IMG/VR virus record: IMGVR_UViG_3300025307_000067
Coordinates: 1 to 53,390 of that record
Strand: one strand, 5' to 3'
Length of the DNA: 53,390 bases
DNA from: a virus
Lineage: Duplodnaviria; Caudoviricetes
The notes beneath the pieces are model-generated. The model was not told the DNA's origin, did not search any database, and worked only from the letters and a program-made list of their open reading frames with translations. The translations under genes and the position numbers were made by a program. Positions 26,334 to 36,600 of this stretch are shown piece after piece; position 1 is the stretch's first letter, and each line of letters starts with the position of its first letter.

Positions 26334-27581
26334 GTGATCAAGGCGATCTTATGTCTCTTGCTGTTAATCTCTTATCCAGTGACTGCCGCCAGCCCACTCC
26401 CAGTAAGGGAAGTGACTATGCAGTCCTGGCTCCGTTATGTCAAAACTTGCTCAGACAAGTATGGGATTGACCCAAACTTTGCCTTGGCGGTGGCAGAGAC
26501 GGAATCTTCCAATAAGGAGGTACGATTCAGATTTGGTAAAATGGGCAAAGGAACTTACTACGGACCATTCGGCATCCATAAATGTTTCCTTAACAAATGG
26601 GCAATTAATGATCCGATGGTTAATACGGAGGTGGGAATTAGAGCACTTGCTCGGTATAAGGATCAAAAGAAATCCCTTAAGAAGTACAACGCCTCCTTCA
26701 ACGAAGGATACTGGAAGCGGATAAAGCAGTTGGAACGCCAGAACCGGATGGCTAAGGTCTTTAAGGAGAGCCAAGTGCTGATAGTTGATGGAAACAATTG
26801 TGCGTATAGAGAAGGAATTTCTAAAGCAGGCCTCTCCTATAATGGCAAGCCAACAGGTGCTATTTTAGGATTTCTGAGACAACTCAGATCTCTACTGGAG
26901 ATTTATCCGGGCGAAGTTGCCGTTTGCTGGGATTCCAGACGTTCGCTTCGTAGGGAGTTTCACTCAGAGTACAAGGCGAATCGTAGGAACGGTGGAGAAG
27001 TTCCTGAACAGATCCAAGATGTATTCACTCAGATCGAAGATCTCCGAGATCACATTCTTCCTAGAATAGGCTATCCAAACCAGCATATTCAGGACGGCTA
27101 CGAAGCCGATGATCTGGTGGCGGTCCTATGTCAGAGACCAATCGACGCTTATCGAGTAATCATCTCTTCTGATAACGACCTGTTCCAATGCCTGGGCCCG
27201 TCCGTCTTCATGCATAACGTCTCCACTAAGAAAAAGTATACCTACAAAGACTTCCAGGAAGAATACGGGGTTACCCCCAGGCAATGGCCGGATGTTAAGG
27301 CCATAGCAGGTGACGCAGGGGATAATGTGATTGGTGTGCCTGGAGTAGGACCTAAGACGGCTGTCAAGTACCTGAGCCCGCCTGACGCTAAAGGAAAGAC
27401 GGTGTCCGATAAAGTGTCGCGTCGGATTGAAGAACACCGCGCAATCATCGTTAGAAACACTCGCCTTGTCAAGTTACCTTGGGAAGGCTGTGATCCCGGA
27501 GAGGTTCAGAAATCGCAGTTCAACGAACGGGAATACATTCGGGTCTGTAATGAGTATGGGTTGAATTCTTTGCTGAGGTGA
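26334..27581 (+). CDS. lytic transglycosylase (SLT) in frame with a 5'-3' exonuclease/flap endonuclease; the nuclease probably also starts at GTG 26775
   Basis: Signal peptide, YGIDPNFALAVAETES; then LIVDGNN, YKANR, EADD, SSDNDL, GDAGDNVIGVPGVGPKTA; AAGGAG before the internal GTG. Confidence 0.85.
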   Translation: MIKAILCLLLLISYPVTAASPLPVREVTMQSWLRYVKTCSDKYGIDPNFALAVAETESSNKEVRFRFGKMGKGTYYGPFGIHKCFLNKWAINDPMVNTEVGIRALARYKDQKKSLKKYNASFNEGYWKRIKQLERQNRMAKVFKESQVLIVDGNNCAYREGISKAGLSYNGKPTGAILGFLRQLRSLLEIYPGEVAVCWDSRRSLRREFHSEYKANRRNGGEVPEQIQDVFTQIEDLRDHILPRIGYPNQHIQDGYEADDLVAVLCQRPIDAYRVIISSDNDLFQCLGPSVFMHNVSTKKKYTYKDFQEEYGVTPRQWPDVKAIAGDAGDNVIGVPGVGPKTAVKYLSPPDAKGKTVSDKVSRRIEEHRAIIVRNTRLVKLPWEGCDPGEVQKSQFNEREYIRVCNEYGLNSLLR

Positions 27582-27913
27582 TAGAGTTGAATAGAAAAGA
27601 ACATCTTCGTATAGATCAGCTTAGTGAGATTATTCAGAGAAGTCGAAGACAAATATATCGGACTATGGAGCGAGTTGATGTTAGAGGGAATACTTACTTT
27701 AGGGTACCACAAGAAGTGAGAGAAATGGATCCGAACGATCGGCTGATGAAAACCAAAGAAGTCTCAATTCTCTTCTCTATTCATCAGACAACAGCAATTC
27801 GGTGGTTTAATGAAGGGAAATTAAGGGGAGTTAAACTCGGCGAAGGGAACAGTTGTATTCGGATTTTTAAGAGTAGTGTAGATAAATTATTGAAAGAATC
27901 AGACAATGTCTGA
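27578..27913 (+). CDS. excisionase-like HTH_17 protein
   Basis: LMKTKEVSILFSIHQTTAIRWFNEGKLRGVKL...IRIFKSSV. Confidence 0.75.
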   Translation: MIELNRKEHLRIDQLSEIIQRSRRQIYRTMERVDVRGNTYFRVPQEVREMDPNDRLMKTKEVSILFSIHQTTAIRWFNEGKLRGVKLGEGNSCIRIFKSSVDKLLKESDNV

Positions 27914-29411
27914 ACTAGATAAACATCTTCGTGCAGTAGAGGCTGTACAATATCCTACCTCCATAATTCGTGAGCTGTGCAATCGAGATTTTTATTTCTT
28001 CCTAAAGTACTTTTGGCAGTCAATATGTCACGATACATTTCTTTCCAACTGGCACATTGAGTATCTCTGTAGTACTCTTCAAAAGAAAGCCGAACGAGTA
28101 GCAAATCGCCTACCTAATGATTTTGATTTGGTTATCAACGTACCTCCGGGGACGTCGAAAACAATGACCTGTAACGTCATGTTCCCGGTCTGGTGCTGGA
28201 CGAAATGGTACTGGATGCGATTCCTGACATTTGGTTACAACCAGGAGCTTTCCTTAGAAGCAGCAGATAATTCTAGAAACCTGCTTGTCTCACAGATGTT
28301 TCAGGAAGTCTATCCCGAACTGATAATGAAGCGAGGCAAAGAAGGTGTAACCAATTTCAGAATAGTTAAGATTGAGGATGACGGTACTATTAGGTTGGGA
28401 GGAGGTAGGTTTAGCTCCTCTATCTCTGGCACTGGCACCGGTTTCCATGGCGATCTGATTATCATAGATGATCCACTAAATCCAAAACAGGCCGCATCGA
28501 CTGTTGAGCTCAAAAACAGTATTGACTGGCTCGACCAAACCCTCCCTACGCGTAAGACAAATAAAGAAGTTACTCCTACGATCCTAATTATGCAGAGGCT
28601 ACATGAAGGAGATCCATCTGGCCATCTGTTAGCCAAGAAGAAAACTAAAGTCAAGCATATCTGTCTGCCTGGTGAGATCAATACCTCTCAGTATGCAGAC
28701 AAAGTAAGACCAATAGAGTTGGTTAGCAAATATGTGAACGGCCTCCTTGATCCTATTAGACTTCCTCAGTCTGTTTTAATAGGAATGGAAGAGAGTTTAG
28801 GGCAGTATGGTTACGCTGCCCAGTTCGGTCAGTCCCCCACTCCTCCTGCTGGTGGGATGTTTCGTGTAGATCGTTTTGTGATGGTTGAATCTATGCCGTC
28901 TCCATCTACCATAATTCAGACAGTTCGGTCTTGGGATAAAGCGGGAACGAAAGACGGCACAGGGGCCTTTACTGTCGGTACCAAGATTCACAAACTGGCC
29001 AGTGGTAAGTATCTTATATCGGATGTTGTTAGAGGGCGATGGTCAGCAGAGGTCAGAGAGCAGATCATCAGATCAACTGCCGAAGCAGATGGCCCTGGAG
29101 TAGAGATAGTTCACGAACAGGAACCAGGATCAGGTGGTAAGGATAGTGCTCAAGCTACAACCAGAAATCTGGCTGGCTATTCTGTCACGGCCGAACGACC
29201 TATTGGGAACAAGATTGCCAGGGCCGATACTTTGAGTGTGCAGGTTAATATGGGGAACGTGATGTTGTTAAAGGGTTCTTGGAATTATGAATTCATAGAG
29301 GAGTTTCGATATTTTCCTTTCAGTAAGTTCATGGACCAGGTCGATTCTGCTTCGATGGGATTCACTAAGTTGGCTCAAAAGAAACAGGTGTTAGTTTTAG
29401 GGAGGGCCTAA
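27906..29411 (+). CDS. terL: terminase large subunit
   Basis: VINVPPGTSKT Walker A, LIIIDDP Walker B, IMQRLH, RSWDKA, EQEPGSGGK, DQVDS. Confidence 0.95.
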   Translation: MSELDKHLRAVEAVQYPTSIIRELCNRDFYFFLKYFWQSICHDTFLSNWHIEYLCSTLQKKAERVANRLPNDFDLVINVPPGTSKTMTCNVMFPVWCWTKWYWMRFLTFGYNQELSLEAADNSRNLLVSQMFQEVYPELIMKRGKEGVTNFRIVKIEDDGTIRLGGGRFSSSISGTGTGFHGDLIIIDDPLNPKQAASTVELKNSIDWLDQTLPTRKTNKEVTPTILIMQRLHEGDPSGHLLAKKKTKVKHICLPGEINTSQYADKVRPIELVSKYVNGLLDPIRLPQSVLIGMEESLGQYGYAAQFGQSPTPPAGGMFRVDRFVMVESMPSPSTIIQTVRSWDKAGTKDGTGAFTVGTKIHKLASGKYLISDVVRGRWSAEVREQIIRSTAEADGPGVEIVHEQEPGSGGKDSAQATTRNLAGYSVTAERPIGNKIARADTLSVQVNMGNVMLLKGSWNYEFIEEFRYFPFSKFMDQVDSASMGFTKLAQKKQVLVLGRA

Positions 29412-29464
29412 ATATTTTGATGAAAACCAGATTGAATCTGTGAAATTTTACTATAATATAAGTA

Positions 29465-29647
29465 GAAGCCAGGGGGGCTGAAGAAAACCATCATAATAAA
29501 GCGAGCCATGGACTGAAAGAAAACCATAGCGAAGAAGCGAGTCATTGAAAGCAAGAAACCCACAAACGTTAAGCGAGCCATGTATGCTAAGAAAACCAAA
29601 GATCATAAGCGGGCCATCAATACCAAGAAGACCAAACAACGTAAGCG
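29465..29647 (+). repeat. TIGR-type array 1 (5 units of ~36 nt)
   Basis: Alternating AAGCGAGCCA and AAGAAAACCA repeats separated by 8-nt variable segments; begins just after a CTATAATATA -10. Confidence 0.9.
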
Positions 29648-29677
29648 TAATTCCTAATCAAAAGGAGAACCTGAAAG

Positions 29678-30454
29678 ATGAGAACAAGCAAAATCAAATT
29701 GGAAGATTTGGTATTCGATGAAAACCTGATCTCCCTGCGGAAAATCAATGACCAGATTGTTGGCCAGTATCGTCAGGCTTATCGAGCTGGTGCCAAAATG
29801 CCTCCGATCATCATCGAGAGGAAAACTAACCGGATCGTCAGTGGCAATCATCGGGTCAAGGCTATGCTCAAGGAATATGAGTCTGACCATGAAATTGGCG
29901 TTATCGTCAAGGAATATGCCAGTGAGAAAGCTCTGCTGCTGGATGCAGTCAAAGAAAACTCTGAGCACGGCTATCCTCTGGACGGCATCTCCCGTAAGGG
30001 TTTGGCTTGTGCCCTGCGTAATCATGGTGCCTCCCCGGATGAAATGTCGGCAGCCTTTTCGGTCTCCTATACCAAGATCGAAACCTGGTTTGAGGGGACG
30101 GCAGATGTTATGAATGTCGTCACCATCGGAAAAGATGTGCATCGGGTGACGTTGGTGGAGAGAGCTACTGCTCATGTTTCTCCTCCGGGCACCGTAGCAA
30201 TGCCTGTCAAACGTCACTTTCCTTTGGGGAGAACGGTTACTGCTCCTCAGTATGATGAGCACATGAAGAAAGACTTAGGGTTGCCTTTGGGGCAGCTTGC
30301 CTATCAGATTGTGCGGTGGGTCAAGAATGGCTGGATTGAACGGACGTCCCAGAATCTCGCCGCCTTGGTTGACTTGAAACAAGCTCTGGATGGGTTCTTT
30401 GCTGAAGGCGTTGCTCAGATTGGGGATGGAGTTCCCAAAGTGATTGATGGGTGA
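29678..30454 (+). CDS. ParB/Srx-like N-terminal domain protein with HTH
   Basis: MPPIII...IVSGNHRVKA, ENSEHGYPL, following HTH-like segment. Confidence 0.85.
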   Translation: MRTSKIKLEDLVFDENLISLRKINDQIVGQYRQAYRAGAKMPPIIIERKTNRIVSGNHRVKAMLKEYESDHEIGVIVKEYASEKALLLDAVKENSEHGYPLDGISRKGLACALRNHGASPDEMSAAFSVSYTKIETWFEGTADVMNVVTIGKDVHRVTLVERATAHVSPPGTVAMPVKRHFPLGRTVTAPQYDEHMKKDLGLPLGQLAYQIVRWVKNGWIERTSQNLAALVDLKQALDGFFAEGVAQIGDGVPKVIDG

Positions 30455-30458
30455 GTGA

Positions 30459-30571
30459 ATTTTGGTCGTCTTCTCCAAGTAAACCAAAGAAGTCAAACGG
30501 GTCAAAAAACCCAAGAAAACCAACAAAAGCAAGCGAGCCAATACATATAAGAAAACCGAAGAGGATAAGTG
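30459..30571 (+). repeat. TIGR-type array 2 (3 units)
   Basis: AAGTAAACCA / AAACGGGTCA / AAGAAAACCA / AAGCGAGCCA / AAGAAAACCG at 18-nt periodicity. Confidence 0.85.
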
Positions 30572-30607
30572 CAACTTAACCAACCTTTAATCAAAAGGAG
30601 AACCGTA

Positions 30608-31465
30608 ATGAGAACACAAGATCAGATCGCATTAAGGATGTACGTCAGAGCCAGGGAAGATTTTCAGGACATGCGCAAACGAATGGATAACCGTCTTGGC
30701 CAAAAGGCAGATGGCAAAGCGCAGAACCTCAAGCAAGATCGGGTATTCAGCCAGGAAGACGCAAACAATTTCGGCATCATTTCTATGGAGGCCCGCCGCA
30801 ACGAAAAATCTGTGGAAAAGATGCTCAAGCAAGTACTGAAGCGTTTCCCCATCTATACCAAATGGCTGTTGAATGTCAAGGGTGTAGGCGAAGTCATGGC
30901 CGGCCACATCTTGGGTGATTTCGACATCACCGTTGCCACCACGGTTTCCAAGATGTGGCAATATTCTGGTCTTAACCCCGGTTTGGTTCGGGGCAAAGTT
31001 CGGATCGAGGCTGCCAAATACAAACCTGAAATGGGTCAGATAGCTTCTATCATATCTGATGAAGATGGCAAACCCAAGGATTACATCTATCAGAGCAATG
31101 ATCTGGTTAGGGGAGATAAGGCCACACCGGGCTATGTTCTGCCTTATAACAAGGCTTTACGCACTGCCTTGGTAGGTATCCTGGCCTCTGGATTTGTCAA
31201 GTGTCAATCATCCTACGCCATGGATTACTACTATCCTTACAAAGCCCGTCTGGAGCAGGAGTTCAATGGCGTGGCCAGCATCGGCAACAAAGATGAAGGC
31301 AAAGCGTGGAAGGATGTCAGTAAGGGTCATCGTGACAATGCTGCCAAGCGCTACATGATCAAGATGTTTCTGAAAGACCTGTATGTGGCATGGCGTACTA
31401 TGGAAGGGTTGGTTGTCAGGCCGCCTTATGCGGAAGAGTTTCTGGGTAAGGTACATTCTGAGTAA
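30608..31465 (+). CDS. TasA-like Nop-domain RNA-guided DNA-binding protein (IS110/Nop family, no RuvC or HNH)
   Basis: N-terminal coiled coil, WLLNVKGVGEVMAGHIL, SKMWQYSGLNP, YNKALRT, GHRDNAAKRYMIKMFLKDLYVAWR; flanked by 36-nt arrays. Confidence 0.85.
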   Translation: MRTQDQIALRMYVRAREDFQDMRKRMDNRLGQKADGKAQNLKQDRVFSQEDANNFGIISMEARRNEKSVEKMLKQVLKRFPIYTKWLLNVKGVGEVMAGHILGDFDITVATTVSKMWQYSGLNPGLVRGKVRIEAAKYKPEMGQIASIISDEDGKPKDYIYQSNDLVRGDKATPGYVLPYNKALRTALVGILASGFVKCQSSYAMDYYYPYKARLEQEFNGVASIGNKDEGKAWKDVSKGHRDNAAKRYMIKMFLKDLYVAWRTMEGLVVRPPYAEEFLGKVHSE

Positions 31466-31467
31466 GT

Positions 31468-31835
31468 AAGTGAGCCAAAAAACTCAAGTAAATCAATGCT
31501 GAGAAGCGAGTCAGAACCTGTAAGTAAACCACTGTTGCAAAGCGAGTCATCAAATTCAAGTAAACCAGGGATTGCAAACGAACCATACCCTTAAAGTAAA
31601 ACCATAAAAGGGAAGTGAGTCATATACCTTAAGAAAAACCATGTCATATAAGCGGACCACGGTCGTAAAGAAACCCAACATGGAAAAGTTGGCCAGGTTC
31701 TCCAAGGAATCCGAGTTATGAAGCGAGTCGTGCGTTACAAGGAAACCACATTAAGGCAGCGAGCCATAATGATAAAGAACGCCAATTAGGCAAAGCGGGT
31801 CAAAGAGTTTAAACAAATCATGTTTGATAAGCGGG
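31468..31835 (+). repeat. TIGR-type array 3 (10 units)
   Basis: AAG(C/T)GAG(C/T)CA-N8-AAG(T/A)AAACCA-N8 repeated 10 times. Confidence 0.92.
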
Positions 31836-31842
31836 AGCGCGT

Positions 31843-31885
31843 AAAACCCTGAGGCGAATTAAGTCGCTTTGGGGTTTTATTTTTT
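31843..31885 (+). terminator. intrinsic terminator closing the TIGR locus
   Basis: AAAACCCTGAGGCGA-ATTAAG-TCGCTTTGGGGTTTT followed by a T tract. Confidence 0.85.
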
Positions 31886-32041
31886 ATTCTTTGTCTTTTC
31901 TTTCCTTTATTATATAATTGAATTTAAGATGATATGCCTTATCTGTAAACGACCAGAATGCTGGGCGGAATACAAGGAGAGTTGTCGGCGTGGGTGAGAT
32001 TAATTTCCACACCCAACAATCCTCCAATGAGGAACAAAACA

Positions 32042-33514
32042 ATGACGACTAAATCAAAAGTCACCCCGATAAAACCGAATGCTGATTTCAGCGCCATCCA
32101 GGTTATGAGCACCATGCTCTCCAGGGCAATGCTCTCGGCACAACTTGGAATGAGTTACGGGACGAATCGCGATCTTTATCAAGCTCTTGGCTATGATAAG
32201 GACATAACATATAACCAGTACGTGAGCCAATATAGCCGCCAAGATATCGCCAGGGCTGTCATCGACCGACCGGTATCAGCCACTTGGCAAGGCGGGTTTG
32301 AACTGATTGAAGCAAATGACGAGAAAGACACTAAGTTGGAAAATGCCTGGTATGACCTATATGATAAACTAAAACTCCGTTCCAAATTGGCCCAACTGGA
32401 CCGTCTTACTGGCCTTGGTACCTACGGAGTTCTACTCCTTGGTCTATCTGATGCCAAGACCATTCAGGACTTCGCCCAACCAGTACAGGGAGTCAAACAC
32501 GATCTACTCTACGTCAAACCCTTTGGCGGCATGGCCACTCAAGGTAGTGCCCGGATTCAAACCTACGTAACAGGCCCTTCTGATCCACGTTATGGCCAAC
32601 CTCTTATCTATTCCATTACCATTAACAATCTGAGTACCGGCTCCAGCGAAATCCTCCAGGTTCATTACAGTAGAGTCATTCATGTGGCAGATGGTCTAAT
32701 GGAATCTGAGATTGAAGGTACACCTCGCCTTATGTGCGTATGGAATCGTCTGATGGATTTGGAAAAGATAGTCGGCGGTTCGGCTGAGATGTTTTGGCGT
32801 GGCGCTCGTCCCGGCTATACCGGTGCCATTGACAAAGAGTTCCAAGTCACTCCAGAAGCCAAAGCGGACTTGCAGGCTCAGTTGGATGAATATGAACACA
32901 ACTTACGACGCTTCCTTACCACCCAGGGGGTTGATATCAAGTCCCTCCAATCTCAGGTTGAAAATCCAACTGCCCATGTTGATGTCTGTATCCAGATGAT
33001 CAGTGCTGTTACAGGTATTCCCAAGCGGGTGTTGACTGGGAGTGAGAGAGGGGAGCTTGCCAGTACGCAAGATCAATCGTCATGGTTCAATCTCATTGAC
33101 GGCCGTAGAGGAGAGTTTGCAGAGCCGATGATAATCAGACCATTCATTGATCGTTGCATTGAACTCCAGATACTGCCGCCCCCAGTTAAAGAATATTCTA
33201 TCCAATGGCCAGATTTAAGATCTCCCAGTGATAAGGACAAAGCCGACATTGGGTCTGTCAGATCAACTGCTATCAAAAACTATGCCTCAACTCCAGCTGC
33301 TGAATTGGTAGTGCCCAAGAAATCATTCTATCGAATCTGCCTCGGGCTGGATGACGATGAGGTCAGCTTGATCGAAGAAGAGCTCCAGGCGGCATTGGGA
33401 TCTGAGGTTAACGCTCCTGAGATGCAGCCTGGGGGGGGAGTGGTTGTGCCTCCCCCGGTTCCTGCTGTGGTGCCGCCGGCGAATCAACCTCCCATTCCAC
33501 CCGCGGGCAAATAA
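32042..33514 (+). CDS. portal protein (DUF1073-like)
   Basis: RQDIARAVIDRP, QVHYSRVIH, GTPRL, GGSAEMFW, GIPKRVLTGSERGELAS; position after terL. Confidence 0.88.
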   Translation: MTTKSKVTPIKPNADFSAIQVMSTMLSRAMLSAQLGMSYGTNRDLYQALGYDKDITYNQYVSQYSRQDIARAVIDRPVSATWQGGFELIEANDEKDTKLENAWYDLYDKLKLRSKLAQLDRLTGLGTYGVLLLGLSDAKTIQDFAQPVQGVKHDLLYVKPFGGMATQGSARIQTYVTGPSDPRYGQPLIYSITINNLSTGSSEILQVHYSRVIHVADGLMESEIEGTPRLMCVWNRLMDLEKIVGGSAEMFWRGARPGYTGAIDKEFQVTPEAKADLQAQLDEYEHNLRRFLTTQGVDIKSLQSQVENPTAHVDVCIQMISAVTGIPKRVLTGSERGELASTQDQSSWFNLIDGRRGEFAEPMIIRPFIDRCIELQILPPPVKEYSIQWPDLRSPSDKDKADIGSVRSTAIKNYASTPAAELVVPKKSFYRICLGLDDDEVSLIEEELQAALGSEVNAPEMQPGGGVVVPPPVPAVVPPANQPPIPPAGK

Positions 33515-33631
33515 ATGAGGTATAGCCCCCTCATTAAACTATGTCTACAACCAATTGTAACGCTGGTTACTGCGAGTTTCTTATAGGCTTGGCCTCTTTT
33601 AAGGGGTAAGATAAAAAGGAGTAGTTTTAGG

Positions 33632-36600
33632 GTGTCAGTGCCGGCTAAAAAATCTAGAAAACCAGGTTATGTTATCTATGGTGGCCAAGGCTCCGGCAAC
33701 TTTGGCCATGCCGGTAGACCTACCCAAGCTAACCTAACCCAGTCTGATACCTCTACTCTCCTACTCGTACCATCTATCAATATCTATGCTAAACTGGCCC
33801 GTGTGGACCCCACCCGCACATTAGTCCTCCGTAATAACTTCGTTGCTCAGATGACGGCCCGTTTTAGAAAACTCAAAGCCATTATACAGAAAGCTGTCGT
33901 TGATGACGATTGCTTTGGTATCGCCAAGCCTGAATCACAAGGAAGAAGGATTGTGGTGCAGGCTGATCTCACCACCCGGGGTGGCAGATCATTCGACTTT
34001 CCTACCTCACAAGAGAAATCAGCCGCCTTCCTGGAGTGGCTCCGAACCCAGGAACAAGCTGGAATATTAGAAACAGTAAGAATCCCCCAGGTAGGCACTG
34101 GTATAGAAAGTGCCTGGACCGACGTTTTCATAAAAGATAGTTACCAGCGCGGTGTCCAACGAGCCAGAGACGAACTCCTCCGCGGAGGTTATGCTGTTCC
34201 ATCTATGGAAGTTACTGGAGGGATATCCGCGAGCATGATGCAACCCATGCATATAAATCGCCTCGGCGTCGCATTTTCACGCACCTTCGATGGACTCAAA
34301 GGTATAACGAGCGCGATGGATACTCAAATCAGTCACGTCCTCACCAAGGGCTTGGCAGATGGAGACGGCCAGGCTACTATTGCCAAGAAACTCCTCGCCA
34401 CCATCGACGGAAACAACGCCGGTACGTTGGGGATAACGGATTCACTTGGACGCTTTATCCCGGCGGAGCGTCGGGCCGCTATGCTGGCTAGGACAGAGGT
34501 CATACGAGCCCATGCGCAAGGCACACTCCAGGAATTTAAGAACTGGGGTGTTGCTGGAGTTGATGTATTGGCTGAGTGGGTAACTGCTGGCTTCAATGTA
34601 TGTCCCGAGTGTCAAGAACTGGCTGAAAAAGGACCATACAAGATTGAAGAAGCGTGGGATATGCTGCCAGCACATCCCCATTGCTTTATTAGCCCTATGA
34701 TTCCGATTTATACATCAACTGGTTGGAGACCAATTGGTACAGTTCAAGTTGGGGATATGGTTCTTACTCATAAAGGGAGATTCAAGAGAGTATATGGTCT
34801 GCCGAGGACTTTGAAACAAACACCAGAAGTTGTTCATTTTAGTCTTCGAGGTTTTGATAACGATGGTGTGACAATGACAACAAACCATCCAGTGTTGGTT
34901 TCGAATAAATTGTTGCCTCCGCATTGGAAAGAAGCTGGAAAATGTACTCTTGAAGATAGGATAGTTTTATTTGCGAGTAGATGTAAAAGATGCGATAAAA
35001 AAATCCCTTGGTTTAGAACTTATTGTTCTGGGAGCTGTTGTAGTTCTGACAATGCAGAAAGGCAATGGGCTGATCCTGCTCATAGAGAAAATGTTAGTAA
35101 AAAGAACAGAGAAGCTAATTTGAGACAATATGCTTCTGGCGAGAGAGACAGATTTGCCACGAAGAAAGCCAACGAAAAAATTCGGAAAATGATTAAAGAT
35201 GGAACTTGGGGAACTTGGATGTGTGATGATTTCTTTAAGAAGGTTTTCCAAGTTACCAATACTCCAGAACAAATAGCTGTCAACTCTGAGAGAATGAAGA
35301 AAAAAAATCCAATGCATGACCCCGCTATTGTTGCGAAAGCGACAGCTTCTCTTATTAAAACTCTTGAGTTGCATCCAGAGAAAAGATTGAATGCAAGAAT
35401 GGCCAAGCATCGCAAAAGCAATAAGATGACAGGCATTGAACAACTAATGGCTCAGCTTCTTGATCGTCTTGGAATCGAATATATTTTTCAATATCCAATT
35501 TTGAGATATGATGTTGATTTTGCTATACCAACTCTGAAGATTGCAATCGAGTGCGATGGTGAATACTGGCATCAAGATAAACAGAAGGATTTGATCAGAC
35601 AAAAGAGGATTGAAGCAGAAGGTTGGTTTGTATTAAGATATACTGAAACAAAGATTAATCAGTGCTTTGATGAAATTGAAGACGAAGTTGTGAGAGTTTT
35701 AGCTAATCATAATGGTGATTATGAATTTGTTGGTCACCCTATCAAGAAAATTGAAAGAAGAACAGTTACAAAGCCATTGACTTTATATAATCTTGCTGTT
35801 GAGGAAGATGAATCATATATAGCAAGGGGATTAGTGGTTCACAATTGCCGCTGTGCCTGGCTGGCAAAACCAATAGATGGCAAGGAGAAGACCCCAGTTG
35901 AGGTGGCGCCGGAAGATATAGTCAGTATCATTTCTCCAGAAGATTCAGTTTTTGATAGCATTGCCAACAACTATCTCGAGTCTCCATCATCTATACAAGG
36001 CAGAGATAGAACCCTCGAAGGTCTGGCCGAAACTCAAGGATTTACTCAGCTTCCTAAAGTAGTCTCTGGACAGGAATTTGAAGATATAGTTCAGCAGCAA
36101 GGAATGAAGGAACTTTTTCGCGGGGTTCAGAACAGTAATATCGCTAATATGTTTGCTACCGGTGACTATTATGGTGCAACCGGAGCCTTTGGAAGCGGTA
36201 CATACGCTGCTATGGAGCAGGATTTGGCCAAGTTGTATATGGCCGGGGATAATGCAGTATTAATGAGAATGGGCCTACCAGCAGATGTCAAGATTGGTAA
36301 GTATGCTGATGTCCTTGCAAGTATGAAGCAAGATACAACTTTTGAAAAGGCTGGCAGTAAGGTATTTATGCAAGGATTTAAAGAAAACAGTGAGTTCCTG
36401 GTAGAAAAAGGCAAGGTCATTGAATCTGTTACGAAGGATGTAGGTAGATGGGCGGTGGTTAATGGTTATGATGCTATCCAAGCCCCAGATCAGATGATTA
36501 TATTGAATCGCAGTAAGGTATTGGTCAGCAATGATCTTCTTTCTAGGGAAGGAAAAGTTATTAGATTGCTCCCCGAAACCCCAGCCGCTGGTGTGGTGAA

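Noticed and set aside
29408-29639. Hydrophobic minus-strand ORFs (also 30275-30583)
   Set aside because: Artefacts of reading the A-rich repeat arrays antisense
30569-31465. IS110 transposase
   Set aside because: No N-terminal DEDD RuvC domain; only the coiled coil and Nop-like part, embedded in arrays. The ORF-track GTG start overlaps the end of array 2, so ATG 30608 is preferred
29465-31835. CRISPR array
   Set aside because: Repeats are ~10 nt and alternate between two types with 8-9 nt spacers; no cas genes; fits TIGR geometry instead
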